A stretch of 64,000 bases of DNA, from NCBI RefSeq assembly GCF_009914755.1, contig NC_060946.1; one strand, written 5' to 3'. Made by a program: the position numbers and the translations under genes. Numbering within the stretch: position 1 is the first letter of the stretch; every line of letters starts with the position of its first letter. The notes under the pieces are model-generated. The model had not been told where the DNA came from, made no database searches, and was given only the letters and a program-made list of their open reading frames with translations. Source of the stretch: the human T2T-CHM13v2.0 reference genome, Homo sapiens. Below are positions 38,301 through 51,100 of this stretch, piece by piece.

Positions 38301-41300
38301 ATCACTCTGGTGATGTAAGTATTGTCTAGGCTCTGCTTCAAGGGGCCTTGTCACATATCTCTGCACTGATCACCCACGTGATGTAACTCTTTTGTAGGCT
38401 CTGCTTCCAGGGCATATTGTGACATATCTATGCACTGATCACCTTAGTGATGTAACACTTTGGTAGGCTCGGCCTACAGGGGAATCTTGACATATCTCTG
38501 CACTGTTAACCGAGGTGATTTAACTCTTGTCTAGGCTGTGCCCACAGGGGGATTGAGACATATCTCTGCACTGATCCCTAGGTGATACAACTCTTGCCTG
38601 TTCTCTGCCTACTGTGGACATTGTGACATATCTCTGCACTGATCTCCCAGGTGCTGTAACTTTAGTCTAGGCTCTGGCTACACGGCATTGTGACATATCA
38701 CTGCACTGATCACCCAGGCGATATAACTGTTCTCTAGGATCTGACCACAGGGTGCTTTGTGACATATCCCTGCAATGATCACCCAGGTGATATACCACTT
38801 GCCAAGGCTCTGCCTACAGGGGCATTGCAATGTATCTCTGCACTGATCACCTAGGTCTTGTAGCTATTTTCTAGGATCTGCCTACAGGGTGCTTTGTGAC
38901 GTGTCCCAGCAAGGATTACCCAGGTGATGTACCTCTCATCAAGGCTCTGCCTACAGGCACATTGTGATGTATCTCTGCACTGATCACCTCGGTCATGTAA
39001 CTTTTTTCTAGGCTCTACATACGATGGCATTGTGACATATCTCTGCACTAATCATCCAAGTGATGTAATCCTTGTCTAGGATGTGCCTAAATTAACTTTT
39101 TGACATAACCCTGTACTGATCATCCAGGTGATGGAGCTTTTGTCTAGGCTCTGCCTAAGGGGGCATTGTGATATATTTCTGCATTGATCACCCAGGTGGC
39201 GAACTCTTCTCTCGGATCTCTCTATGGGGGCATTGTGAGAAATGTCTGCACTGATCACCCAGGTGATGTAACTGTTGTGTAACCTCTGCCTACAGGGGAA
39301 TTGTGAGAGATCTCGTCACTCATTACTCAAGTGATGTAACCATTGTCTAGGCTTTGCGTACAGGGGGCTTTGTGACATACCTTTGCACTGATCACCCAGC
39401 TGATGTAAGACATCTAAGTTCGGCCTAAAGGAGCTTTGTGACATATCTCTGCACTGATCACTTAGGTGATGTAACACTTTTATAATCACTGCCTACAGGG
39501 AATTTTGACAAATCTCTGCACTGATCACCTAGGTGATGTAACTCTTGTCTACCCTCTGTCCAACGGGGCATTGTGAAATATCTCTGCACTGATCACCCAG
39601 GTGATTCAACTCTTGACTAGGAACTGCCTACAGAGGTTATTGTGAAATATCTCTGCACTGATAAACTAGGTGGTGTAAACCTTGTCCAAGCTCTGCCTAC
39701 AGGGTGGTTTCCACATATCCCTGAACTGATGACAAAGGTGATGTAACTCTTGCCTAGGCTTTGCCTACAGGGAACATTGGACATATATCTGCACTGATCA
39801 CCCAGGTGATGCAACTCCTGCCTAGGCTTTGCCTTCAGGGGACATTGTGACATATCTCTTGAACGATCACTCATGTGATGCATCTCTTGCCTAGGCTTTG
39901 CCTACAGGGGACATTGTGACATATCTCTGCACTGATCTCCCAGATGCTGTAACTTTATTCTAGGCTCTGGCTACACGGCATTGTGACCTACTTCTGCACT
40001 GATCACCCAGGTGATATAACTCTTCTCTAGGATCTGCCTACAGGGTACTTTGTGACATATCCCTGCACTGATCACCCAGGTGATCTAACTCTGGTCTAAG
40101 CTCTGCCTAAAGGGGCAATGTGACAGATCTCTGCACTGATCACTCTGGTGATGTAAGTATTGTCTAGGCTCTGCTTCAAGGGGCCTTGTCACATATCTCT
40201 GCACTGATCACCCAGGTGATGTAACTCTTGTCTAGGCTCTGCTTCCAGGGCATATTGTGACATATCTATGCACTGATCACCTTAGTGATGTAACACTTTG
40301 GTAGGCTCGGCCTAAAGGGGAATCTTGACATATCTCTTCACTGTTAACCGAGGTGATTTAACTCTTGTCTAGGCTGTGCCCACAGGGAGATTGAGACATA
40401 TCTCTGCACTGATCCCGAGGTGATACAACTCTTGCCTGGTCTCTGCCTACTGTGGACATTGTGACATATCTCTGCACTGATCTCCCAGGTGCTGTAACTT
40501 TAGTCTAGGCTCTGGCTACACGGCATTGTGACATATCACTGCACTGATCACCCAGACGATATAACTCTTCTCCAGGATCTGACCACAGGGTGCTTTGTGA
40601 TATATCCCTGCAATGATCACCCAGGTGATATACCACTTGCCAAGGCTCTGCCTACAGGGGCATTGCAATGTATCTCTGCACTGATCACCTAGGTCTTGTA
40701 GCTATTTTCTAGGATCTGCCTACAGGGTGCTTTGTGACGTTTCCCAGCAAGGATTACCCAGGTGATGTACCTCTCATCAAGGCTCTGCCTACAGGCACAT
40801 TGTGATGTATCTCTGCACTGATCACCTCGGTCATGTAACTTTTTTCTAGGCTCTACCTACGATGGCATTGTGACATATCTCTGCACTAATCATCCAAGTG
40901 TTGTAACTCTTGTCTAGGATGTGCCTAAATTAACTTTTTGACATAACCCTGTACTGATCATCCAGGTGATGGAGCTTTTGTCTAGGCTCTGCCTAAGGGG
41001 GCATTGTGACATATTTCTGCATTGATCACCCAGGTGGCGAACTCTTCTCTCGGATCTGCCTATGTGGGCATTGTGAGAAACCTCTGCACTGATCACCCAG
41101 GTGATGTAACTGTTTTGTAACCTCTGCCTACAGGGGAATTGTGAGAGATCTCGTCACTCATTACCCAAGTGATGTAACCACTGTCTAGGCTTTGCGTAAA
41201 GGGGGCTTTGTGACATACCTTTGCACTGATCACCCAGGTGATGTAACACATCTAAGTTCGGCCTAAAGGAGCTTTGTGACATATCTCTGCACTGATCACT

Positions 41301-44300
41301 TACGTGATGTAACACTTTTATAATCACTGCCTACCGGGAATTTTGACAAATCTCTGCACTGATCACCTAGGTGATGTAACTCTTGTCTACCCTCTGTCCA
41401 ACGGGGCATTGTGAAATCTCTCTGCACTGATCACCCAGGTGATTCAACTCTTGACTAGGAACTGCCTACAGAGGTTATTGTGAAATATCTCTGCACTGAT
41501 AAACTAGGTGGTGTAACCCTTGTCAAAGCTCTGCCTACAGGGTCGTTTCCACATATCCCTGAACTGATGACAAAGGTGATGTAACCCTTGCCTAGGCTTT
41601 GCCTACAGGGAACATTGGACATATATCTGCACTGATCACCCAGGTGATGCAACTCTTGCCTAGGCTTTGCCTATAGGGGACATTGTGACATATCTCTTCA
41701 ATGATCACTCATGTGATGCATCTCTTGCCTAGGCTTTGCCTACAGGGGACATTGTGACATATCTCTGCACTGATCTCCCAGGTGCTGTAACTTTAGGCTA
41801 GGCTTTGGCTACACGGCATTGTGACCTACCTCTGCACTGATCACCCAGGTGATATAACTCTTCTCTAGGATCTGCCTACAGGGTACTTTGTGACATATCC
41901 CTGCAATGATCACCCAGGTGATCTAACTCTGGTCTAAGCTCTGCCTAAAGGCGCATTGTGGCAGATCTCTGCACTGATCACTCTGGTGATGTAAGTATTG
42001 TCTAGGCTCTGCTTCAAGGGGCCTTGTCACATATCTCTGCACTGATCACCCAGGTGATGTAACTCTTGTCTAGGCTCTGCTTCCAGGGCATATTGAGACA
42101 TATCTATGCACTGATCACCTTAGTGATGTAACACTTTGGTAGGCTCGGCCTACAGGGGAATCTTGACATATCTCTGCACTGTTAACCGAGGTGATTTAAC
42201 TCTTGTCTAGGCTGTGCCCACAGGGGTTTGAGACATATCTCTGCACTGATCCCGAGGTGATACAACTCTTGCCTGGTCTCTGCCTACTGTGGACATTGTG
42301 ACACATCTCTGCACTAATCTCCCAGGTGCTGTAACTTTAGTCTAGGCTCTGGCTACACGGCATTGTGACATATCACTGCACTGATCACCGAGGCGATATA
42401 AATCTTCTCTAGGATCTGACCACAGGGAGCTTTGTGACATATCCCTGCAATGATCACCCAGGTGATATACCACTTGCCAAGGCTCTGCCTACAAGGGCAT
42501 TGCAATGTATCTCTGCACTGATCACCTAGGTCTTGTAGCTATTTTCTAGGATCTGCCTACAGGGTGCTTTGTGACGTGTCCCAGCAAGGATTACCCAGGT
42601 GATGTACCTCTCATCAAGGCTCTGCCTACAGGCACATTGTGATGGATCTCTGCACTGATCACCTCGGTCATGTAACTTTTTTCTAGGCTCTACCTACGAT
42701 GGCTTTGTGACATATCTCTGCACTAATCATCCAAGTGATGTAACTCTTGTCTAGGATGTGCCTAAATTAACTTTTTGACATAACCCTGTACTGATCATCC
42801 AGGTGATGGAGCTTTTGTCTAGGCTCTGCCTAAGGGGGCATTGTGACATATTTCTGCATTGATCACCCAGGTGGCGAACTCTTCTCTCGGATCTGCCTAT
42901 GGGGGCATTGTGAGAAACCTCTGCACTGATCACCCAGGTGATGTAACTGTTGTGTAACCTCTGCCTACAGGGGAATTGTGAGAGATCTCGTCACTCATTA
43001 CCCAAGTGATGTAACCACTGTCTAGGCTTTGCGTACAGGGGGCTTTGTGACATACCTTTGCACTGATCACCCAGGTGATGTAACACATCTAAGTTCGGCC
43101 TAAAGGAGCTTTGTGACATATCTCTGCACTGATCACTTACGTGATGTAACACTTTTATAATCACTGCCTACCTGGAATTTTGACAAATCTCTGCACTGAT
43201 CACCTAGGTGATGTAACTCTTTTCTACCCTTTGTCCAACGGGGCATTGTGAAATCTCTCTGCACTGATCACCCAGGTGATTCAACTCTTGACTAGGAACT
43301 GCCTACAGAGGTTATTGTGAAATATCTCTGCACTGATAAACTAGGTGGTGTAACCCTTGTCAAAGCTCTGCCTACAGGGTCGTTTCCACATATCCCTGAA
43401 CTGATGACAAAGGTGATGTAACCCTTGCCTAGGCTTTGCCTACAGGGAACATTGGACATATATCTGCACTGATCACCCAGGTGATGCAACTCTTGCCTAG
43501 GCTTTGCCTATAGGGGACATTGTGACATATCTCTTCAATGATCACTCATGTGATGCATCTCTTGCCTAGGCTTTGCCTACAGGGGACATTGTGACATATC
43601 TCTGCACTGATCTCCCAGGTGCTGTAACTTTAGGCTAGGCTTTGGCTACACGGCATTGTGACCTACCTCTGCACTGATCACCCAGGTGATATAACTCTTC
43701 TCTAGGATCTGCCTACAGGGTACATTGTGACATATCCCTGCAATGATCACCCAGGTGATCTAACTCTGGTCTAAGCTCTGCCTAAAGGCGCATTGTGACA
43801 GATCTCTGCACTGATCACTCTGGTGATGTAAGTATTGTCTAGGCTCTGCTTCAAGGGGCCTTGTCACATATCTCTGCACTGATCACCCAGGTGATGTAAC
43901 TCTTGTCTAGGCTCTGCTTCCAGGGCATATTGTGACATATCTATGCACTGATCACCTTAGTGATGTAACACTTTGGTAGGCTCGGCCTACAGGGGATTCT
44001 TGACATATCTCTGCACTGTTAACCGAGGTGATTTAACTCTTGTCTAGGCTGTGCCCACAGGGGGATTGAGACATATCTCTGCACTGATCCCGAGGTGATA
44101 CAACTCTTGCCTGGTCTCTGCCTACTGTGGACATTGTGACATATCTCTGCACTGATCTCCCAGGTGCTGTAACTTTAGTCTAGGCTCTAGCTACACGGCA
44201 TTGTGACATATCACTGCACTGATCACCCAGGCGATATAACTCTTCTCTAGGATCTGACCACAGGGTGCTTTGTGACATATCCCTGCAATGATCACCCAGG

Positions 44301-45172
44301 TGATATACCACTTGCCAAGGCTCTGCCTACAGGGGCATTGCAATGTATCTCTGCACTGATCACCTAGGTCTTGTAGCTATTTTCTAGGATCTGCCTACAG
44401 GGTGCTTTGTGACGTGTCCTAGCAAGGATTACCCAGGTGATGTACCTCTCATCAAGGCTCTGCCTACAGGCACATTGTGATGTACCTCTGCACTGATCAC
44501 CTAGGTCATGTAACATTTTTCTAGACTCTACCTTCGATGGCATTGTGACATATCTCTGCACTAATCATCCAAGTGATGTAACTCTTGTCTAGGATGTGCC
44601 TAAATTAACTTTTTGACATAACCCTGTACTGATCATCCAGGTGATGGAGCTTTTGTCTAGGCTCTGCCTAAGGGGGCATTGTGACATATTTCTGCATTGA
44701 TCACCCAGGTGGCGAACTCTTCTCTCGGATCTGCCTATGGGGGCATTGTGAGAAATCTCTGCACTGATCACCCAGGTGATGTAACAGTTGTGTAACCTCT
44801 GCCTACAGGGGAATTGTGAGAGATCTCGTCACTCATTACCCAAGTGATGTAACAATTGTCTAGGCTTTGCGTACAGGGGGCTTTGTGACATACCTTTGCA
44901 CTGATAACCCAGGTGATGTAACACATCTAATTTGGGCCTAAAGGAGCTTTGTGACATATCTCTGCACTGATCACTTAGGTGATGTAACACTTTTATAATC
45001 ACTGCCTACAGGGAATTTTGACAAATCTCTGCACTGGTCACCTAGGTGATGTAACTCTGGTCTACCCTCTGTCCAACGGGGCATTGTGAAATATCTCTGC
45101 ACTGATCACCCAGGTGATTCAACTCTTGACTAGGAACTGCCTACAGAGGTTATTGTGAAATATCTCTGCACT
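32344..45172 (+). repeat. Block of seven 27-mer HOR units lacking M6 (1836-1838 bp; first unit 1804 bp) with a distinct SNV haplotype
   Basis: Landmarks at 32344, 34148, 35986, 37822, 39660, 41498, 43335 and 45173. The junction acacggcattgtgac|ctac occurs at 32630, 34468, 36306, 38142, 39980, 41818 and 43655. Confidence 0.93.
32470..32490 (+). other. Junction of a 34-bp half-monomer deletion in M3
   Basis: Observed atctgcact|tgcctacagg; gatcacccaggtgatgcaactcttgcctaggctt (34 nt) is missing. Unit length 1906-68-34=1804 matches landmark spacing 32344->34148. Confidence 0.9.
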
Positions 45173-48100
45173 GATAAACTAGGTGGTGTAACCCTTGTCC
45201 AAGCTCTGCCTACAGGGTCGTTTCCACATATCCCTGAACTGATGACAAAGGTGATGTAACTCTTGCCTAGGCTTTGCCTACAGGGAACATTGGACATATA
45301 TCTGCACTGATCACCCAGGTGATGCAACTCTTGCCTAGGCTTTGCCTACAGGGGACATTGTGACATATCTCTTCAATGATCACTCATGTGATGCATCTCT
45401 TGCCTAGGCTTTGCCTACAGGGGACATCGTGACATATCTCTGCACTGATCTCCCAGGTGCTGTAAGTTTAGTCTAGGCTCTGGCTACACGGCATTGTGAC
45501 ATATCACTGCACTGATCAACCAGGTGATAAAACTCTTGTATAGGCTCTGCCTACAGGGGGATTGTGACCTACCTCTGCACTGATCACCCAGGTGATATAA
45601 CTCTTCTCTAGGATCTTCCTACAGGGTACTTTGTGACATATCCCTGCACTGATCACCCAGGTGATCTATCTCTGGTCTAAGCTCTGCCTAAAGGGGCATT
45701 GTGACAAATCTCTGCACTGATCACTCAGGTGATGTAAGTATTGTCTAGGCTCTGCTTCAAGGGGCCTTGTCACATATCTCTGCACTGATCACCCAGGTGA
45801 TGTAACTCTTGTCTAGGCTCTGCTTCCAGGGCATATTGTGACATATATATGCACTGATCACCTTAGTGATGTAACACTTTGGTAGGCTCGGCCTACAGGG
45901 GAATCTTGACATATCTCTGCACTGTGACCCGAGGTGATTTAACTGTTGTCTAGGCTGTGCCCACAGGGGGATTGAGACATATCTCTGCACTGATCCCGAG
46001 GTGATACAACTCTTCCCTGGTCTCTGCCTACTGTGGACATTGTGACATATCTCTGCACTGATCTCCCAGGTGCTGTAACTTTAGTCTAGGCTCTGGCTAC
46101 ACGGCATTGTGACATATCACTGCACTGATCACCCAGGCGATATAACTGTTCTCTAGGATCTGACCACAGGGTGCTTTGTGACATATCCCTGCAATGATCA
46201 CCCAGGTGATATACCACTTGCCAAGGCTCTGCCTACAGGGGCATTGCAATGTATCTCTGCACTGATCACCTAGGTCTTGTAGCTATTTTCTAGGATCTGC
46301 CTACAGGGTGCTTTGTGACGTGTCCCAGCAAGGATTACCCAGGTGATGTACCTCTCATCAAGGCTCTGCCTACAGGGACATTGTGATGTATCTCTGCACT
46401 GATCACCTAGGTCATGTAAATTTTGTCTAGGCTCTACCTACGATGGCATTGTGACATATCTCTGCACTAATCATCCAAGTGATGTAACTCTTGTCTAGGA
46501 TGTGCCTAAATTAACTTTTTGACATAACCCTGTACTGATCATCCAGGTGATGGAGCTTTTGTCTACGCTCTGCCTAAGGGGGCATTGTGATATGTTTCTG
46601 CATTGATCCCCCAGGTGGCGAACTCGTCTCTCGGATCTGCCTATGGGGGCATTGTGAGAAATCTCTGCACTGATCACCCAGGTGATGTAACTGTTGTGTA
46701 ACCTCTGCCTACAGGGGAATTGTGAGAGATCTCGCCACTGATTACCCAAGTGATGTAACCGTTGTCTAGGCTTTGCGTACAGGGGGCTTTGTGACATACC
46801 TTTGCACTGATCACCCAGGTGATGTAACACATCTAAGTTCGGCCTAAAGGAGCTTTGTGACATATCTCTGCACTGATCGCTTAGGTGATGTAACACTTTT
46901 ATAATCACTGCCTACAGGGAATTTTGACAAATCTCTGCACTGATCACCTAGGTGATGTAACTCTTGTCTACCCTCTGTCCAACGGGGCATTGTGAAATAT
47001 CTCTGCACTGATCACCCAGCTGATTCAACTCTTGACTAGGAACTGCCTACAGAGGTTATTGTGAAATATCTCTGCACTGATAAATTAGGTGGTGTAACCC
47101 TTGTCCAAGCTCTGCCTTCACGGGCGTTTCCACATATCCCTGAACTGATGACAGAGGTGATGTTACTCTTGCCTAGGCTTTGCCTACAGGGAACATTGGA
47201 CATATATCTGCACTGATCACCCAGGTGATGCAACTCTTGCCTAGGCTTTGCCTACAGGGGACATTGTGACATATCTCTTCAATGATCACTCATGTGATGC
47301 ATCTCTTGCCTAGGCTTTGCCTACAGGGGACATTGTGACATATCTCTGCACTGATCTCCCAGGTGCTGTAACTTTAGTCTAGGCTCTGGCTACACGGCAT
47401 TGTGACATATCACTGCACTGATCAGCCAGGTGATAAAACTCTTGTATAGGCTCTGCCTACAGGGGGATTGTGACCTACCTCTGCCCTGATCACCCAGGTG
47501 ATATAACTCTTCTCTAGGATCTTCCTACAGGGTACTTTGAGACATATCCCTGCACTGATCACCCAGGTGATCTATCTCTGGTCTACGCTCTGTCTAAAGG
47601 GGCATTGTGACAGATCTCTGCACTGATCACTCAGGTGATGTAAGTATTGTCTAGGCTCTGCTTCAAGTGGCCTTGTCACATATCTCTGCACTGATCACAC
47701 AGGTGATGTAACTCTTGTCTAGGCTCTGCTTCCAGGGCATATTGTGACATATCTATGCACTGATCACCTTAGTGATGTAACACTTTGGTAGGCTCGGCCT
47801 ACAGGGGAATCTTGACATATCTCTGCACTGTTAACCGAGGTGATTTAACTCTTGTCTAGGCTGTGCCCACAGGAGGATTGAGACATATCTCTGCACTGAT
47901 CCCGAGGTGATACAATTCTTGCCTGGTCTCTGCCTACTGTGGACCTTGTGACATATCTCTTCACTGATCTCCCAGGTGCTGTAACTTTAGTCTAGGCTCT
48001 GGCTACACGGCATTGTGACATATCACTGCACTGATCACCCAGGCGATATAACTCTTCTCTAGGATCTGACCACAGGGTGCTTTGTGACATATCCCTGCAA

Positions 48101-51100
48101 TGATCACCCAGGTGATATACCACTTGCCAAGGCTCTGCCTACAGGGGCATTGCAATGTATCTCTGCACTGATCACCTAGGTCTTGTAGCTATTTTCTAGG
48201 ATCTGCCTACAGGGTGCTTTGTGACGTGTCCCAGCAAGGATTACCCAGGTGATGTACCTCTCATCAAGGCTCTGCCTACAGGCACATTGTGATGTATCTC
48301 TGCACTGATCACCTAGGTCATGTAAAGTTTGTCTAGGCTCTACCTACGATGGCATTGTGACATATCTCTGCACTAATCATCCAAGTGATGTAACTCTTGT
48401 CTAGGATGTGCCTAAATTAACTTTTTGACATAACCCTGTACTGATCATCCAGGTGATGGAGCTTTTGTCTAGGCTCTGCCTAAGGGGGCATTGTGACATA
48501 TTTCTGCATTGATCCCCCAGGTGGCGAAGTCTTCTCTCGGATCTGCCTATGGGGGCATTGTGAGAAATCTCTGCACTGATCACCCAGGTGATGTAACTGT
48601 TGTGTAACCTCTGCCTACAGGGGAATTATGAGAGATCTCGCCACTGATTACCCAAGTGATGTAACCGTTGTCTAGGCTTTGCGTACAGGGGGCTTTGTGA
48701 CATACCTTTGCACTGATCACCCAGGTGATGTAACACATCTAAGTTCGGCCTAAAGGAGCTTTGTGACATATCTCTGCACTGATCGCTTAGGTGATGTAAC
48801 ACTTTTATAATCACTGCCTACAGGGAATTTTGACAAATCTCTGCACTGATCACCTAGGTGATGTAACTCTTGTCTACCCTCTGTCCAACGGGGCATTGTG
48901 AAATATCTCTGCACTGATCACCCAGGTGATTCAACTCTTGACTAGGAACTGCCTACAGAGGTTATTGTGAAATATCTCTGCACTGGTAAACTAGGTGCTG
49001 TAACCCTTGTCCAAGCTCTGCCTACAGGGGCGTTTCCACATATCCCTGAACTGATGACAGAGGTGATGTAACTCTTGCCTAGGCTTTGCCTACAGGGAAC
49101 ATTGGACATATATCTGCACTGATCACCCAGGTGATGCAACTCTTGTCTAGGCTTTGCCTACAGAGGACATTGTGACATTTCTCTTCAATGATCACTCATG
49201 TGATGCATCTCTTGCCTAGGCTTTGCCTACAGGGGACATTGTGACATATCTCTGCACTGATCTCCCAGGTGCTGTAACTTTAGTCTAGGCTCTGGCTACA
49301 CGGCATTGTGACATATCACTGCACTGATCAACCAGGTGATAAAACTCTTGTATAGGCTCTGCCTACAGGGGGATTGTGACCTACCTCTGCACTGATCACC
49401 CAGGTGATATAACTCTTCTCTAGGATCTTCCTACAGGGTACTTTGTGACATATCCCTGCACTGATCACCCAGGTGATAGATCTCTGGTCTAAGCTCTGCC
49501 TAAAGGGGCATTGTGACAGATCTCTGCACTGATCACTCAGGTGATGTAAGTATTGTCTAGGCTCTGCTTCAAGGGGCCTTGTCACATATCTCTGCACTGA
49601 TCACCCAGGTGATGTAACTCTTGTCTAGGCTCTGCTTCCAGGGCATATTGTGACATATCTATGCACTGATCACCTTAGTGATGTAACACTTTGGTAGGCT
49701 CGGCCTACAGGGGAATCTTGACATATCTCTGCACTGTTAACCGAGGTGATTTAACTCTTGTCTAGGCTGTGCCCACAGTGGGATTGAGACATATCTCTGC
49801 ACTGATCCCGAGGTGATACAACTCTTGCCGGGTCTCTGCCTACTGTGGACATTGTGACATATCTCTGCACTGATCTCCCAGGTGCTGTAACTTTATTCTA
49901 GGCTCTGGCTACACGGCATTGTGACATATCACTGCACTGATCACCCAGGCGATATAACTCTTCTCTAGGATCTGACCACAGGGTGCTTTGTGACATATTC
50001 CTGCAATGATCACCCAGGTGATATACCACATGCCAAGGCTTTGCCTACAGAGGCATTGCAATGTATCTCTGCACTGATCACCTAGGTCTTGTAGCTATTT
50101 TGTAGGATCTGCCTACAGGGTGCTTTGTGACGTGTCCCAGCAAGGATTACCCAGGTGATGTACCTCTCATCAAGGCTCTGCCTACAGGCACATTGTGATG
50201 TATCTCTGCACTGATCACCTAGGTCATGTAAATTTTGTCTAGGCTCTACCTACGATGGCATTGTGACATATCTCTGCACTAATCATCCAAGTGATGTAAC
50301 TCTTGTCTAGGATGTGCCTAAATTAACTTTTTGACATAACCCTGTACTGATCATCCAGGTGATGGAGCTTTTGTCTTGGCTCTGCCTAAGGGGGCATTGT
50401 GACATATTTCTGCATTGATCCCCCAGGTGGCGAACTCTTCTCTCGGATCTGCCTATGGGGGCATTGTGAGAAATCTCTGCACTGATCACCCAGGTGATGT
50501 AACTGTTGTGTAACCCCTGCCTTCAGGGGAATTGTGAGAGATCTCGCCACAGATTACCCAAGTGATGTAACCGTTGTCTAGGCTTTGCGTACAGGGGGCT
50601 TTTTGACATACCTTTGCACTGATCACCCAGGTGATGTAACACATCTAAGTTCGGCCTAAAGGAGCTTTGTGACATATCTCTGCACTGATCGCTTAGGTGA
50701 TGTAACACTTTTATAATCACTGCCTACAGGGAATTTTGACAAATCTCTGCACTGATCACCTAGGTGATGTAACTCTTGTCTACCCTCTGTCCAACGGGGC
50801 ATTGTGAAATATCTCTGCACTGATCACCCAGGTGATTCAACTCTTGACTAGGAACTGCCTACAGAGGTTATTGTGAAATATCTCTGCACTGATAATCTAG
50901 GTGGTGTAACCCTTGTCCAAGCTCTGCCTACAGGGGCGTTTCCACATATCCCTGAACTGATGACAGAGGTGATGTAACTCTTGCCTAGGCTTTGCCTACA
51001 GGGAACATTGGACATATATCTGCACTGATCACCCAGGTGATGCAACTCTTGCCTAGGCTTTGCCTACAGGGGACATTGTGACATATCTCTTCAATGATCA

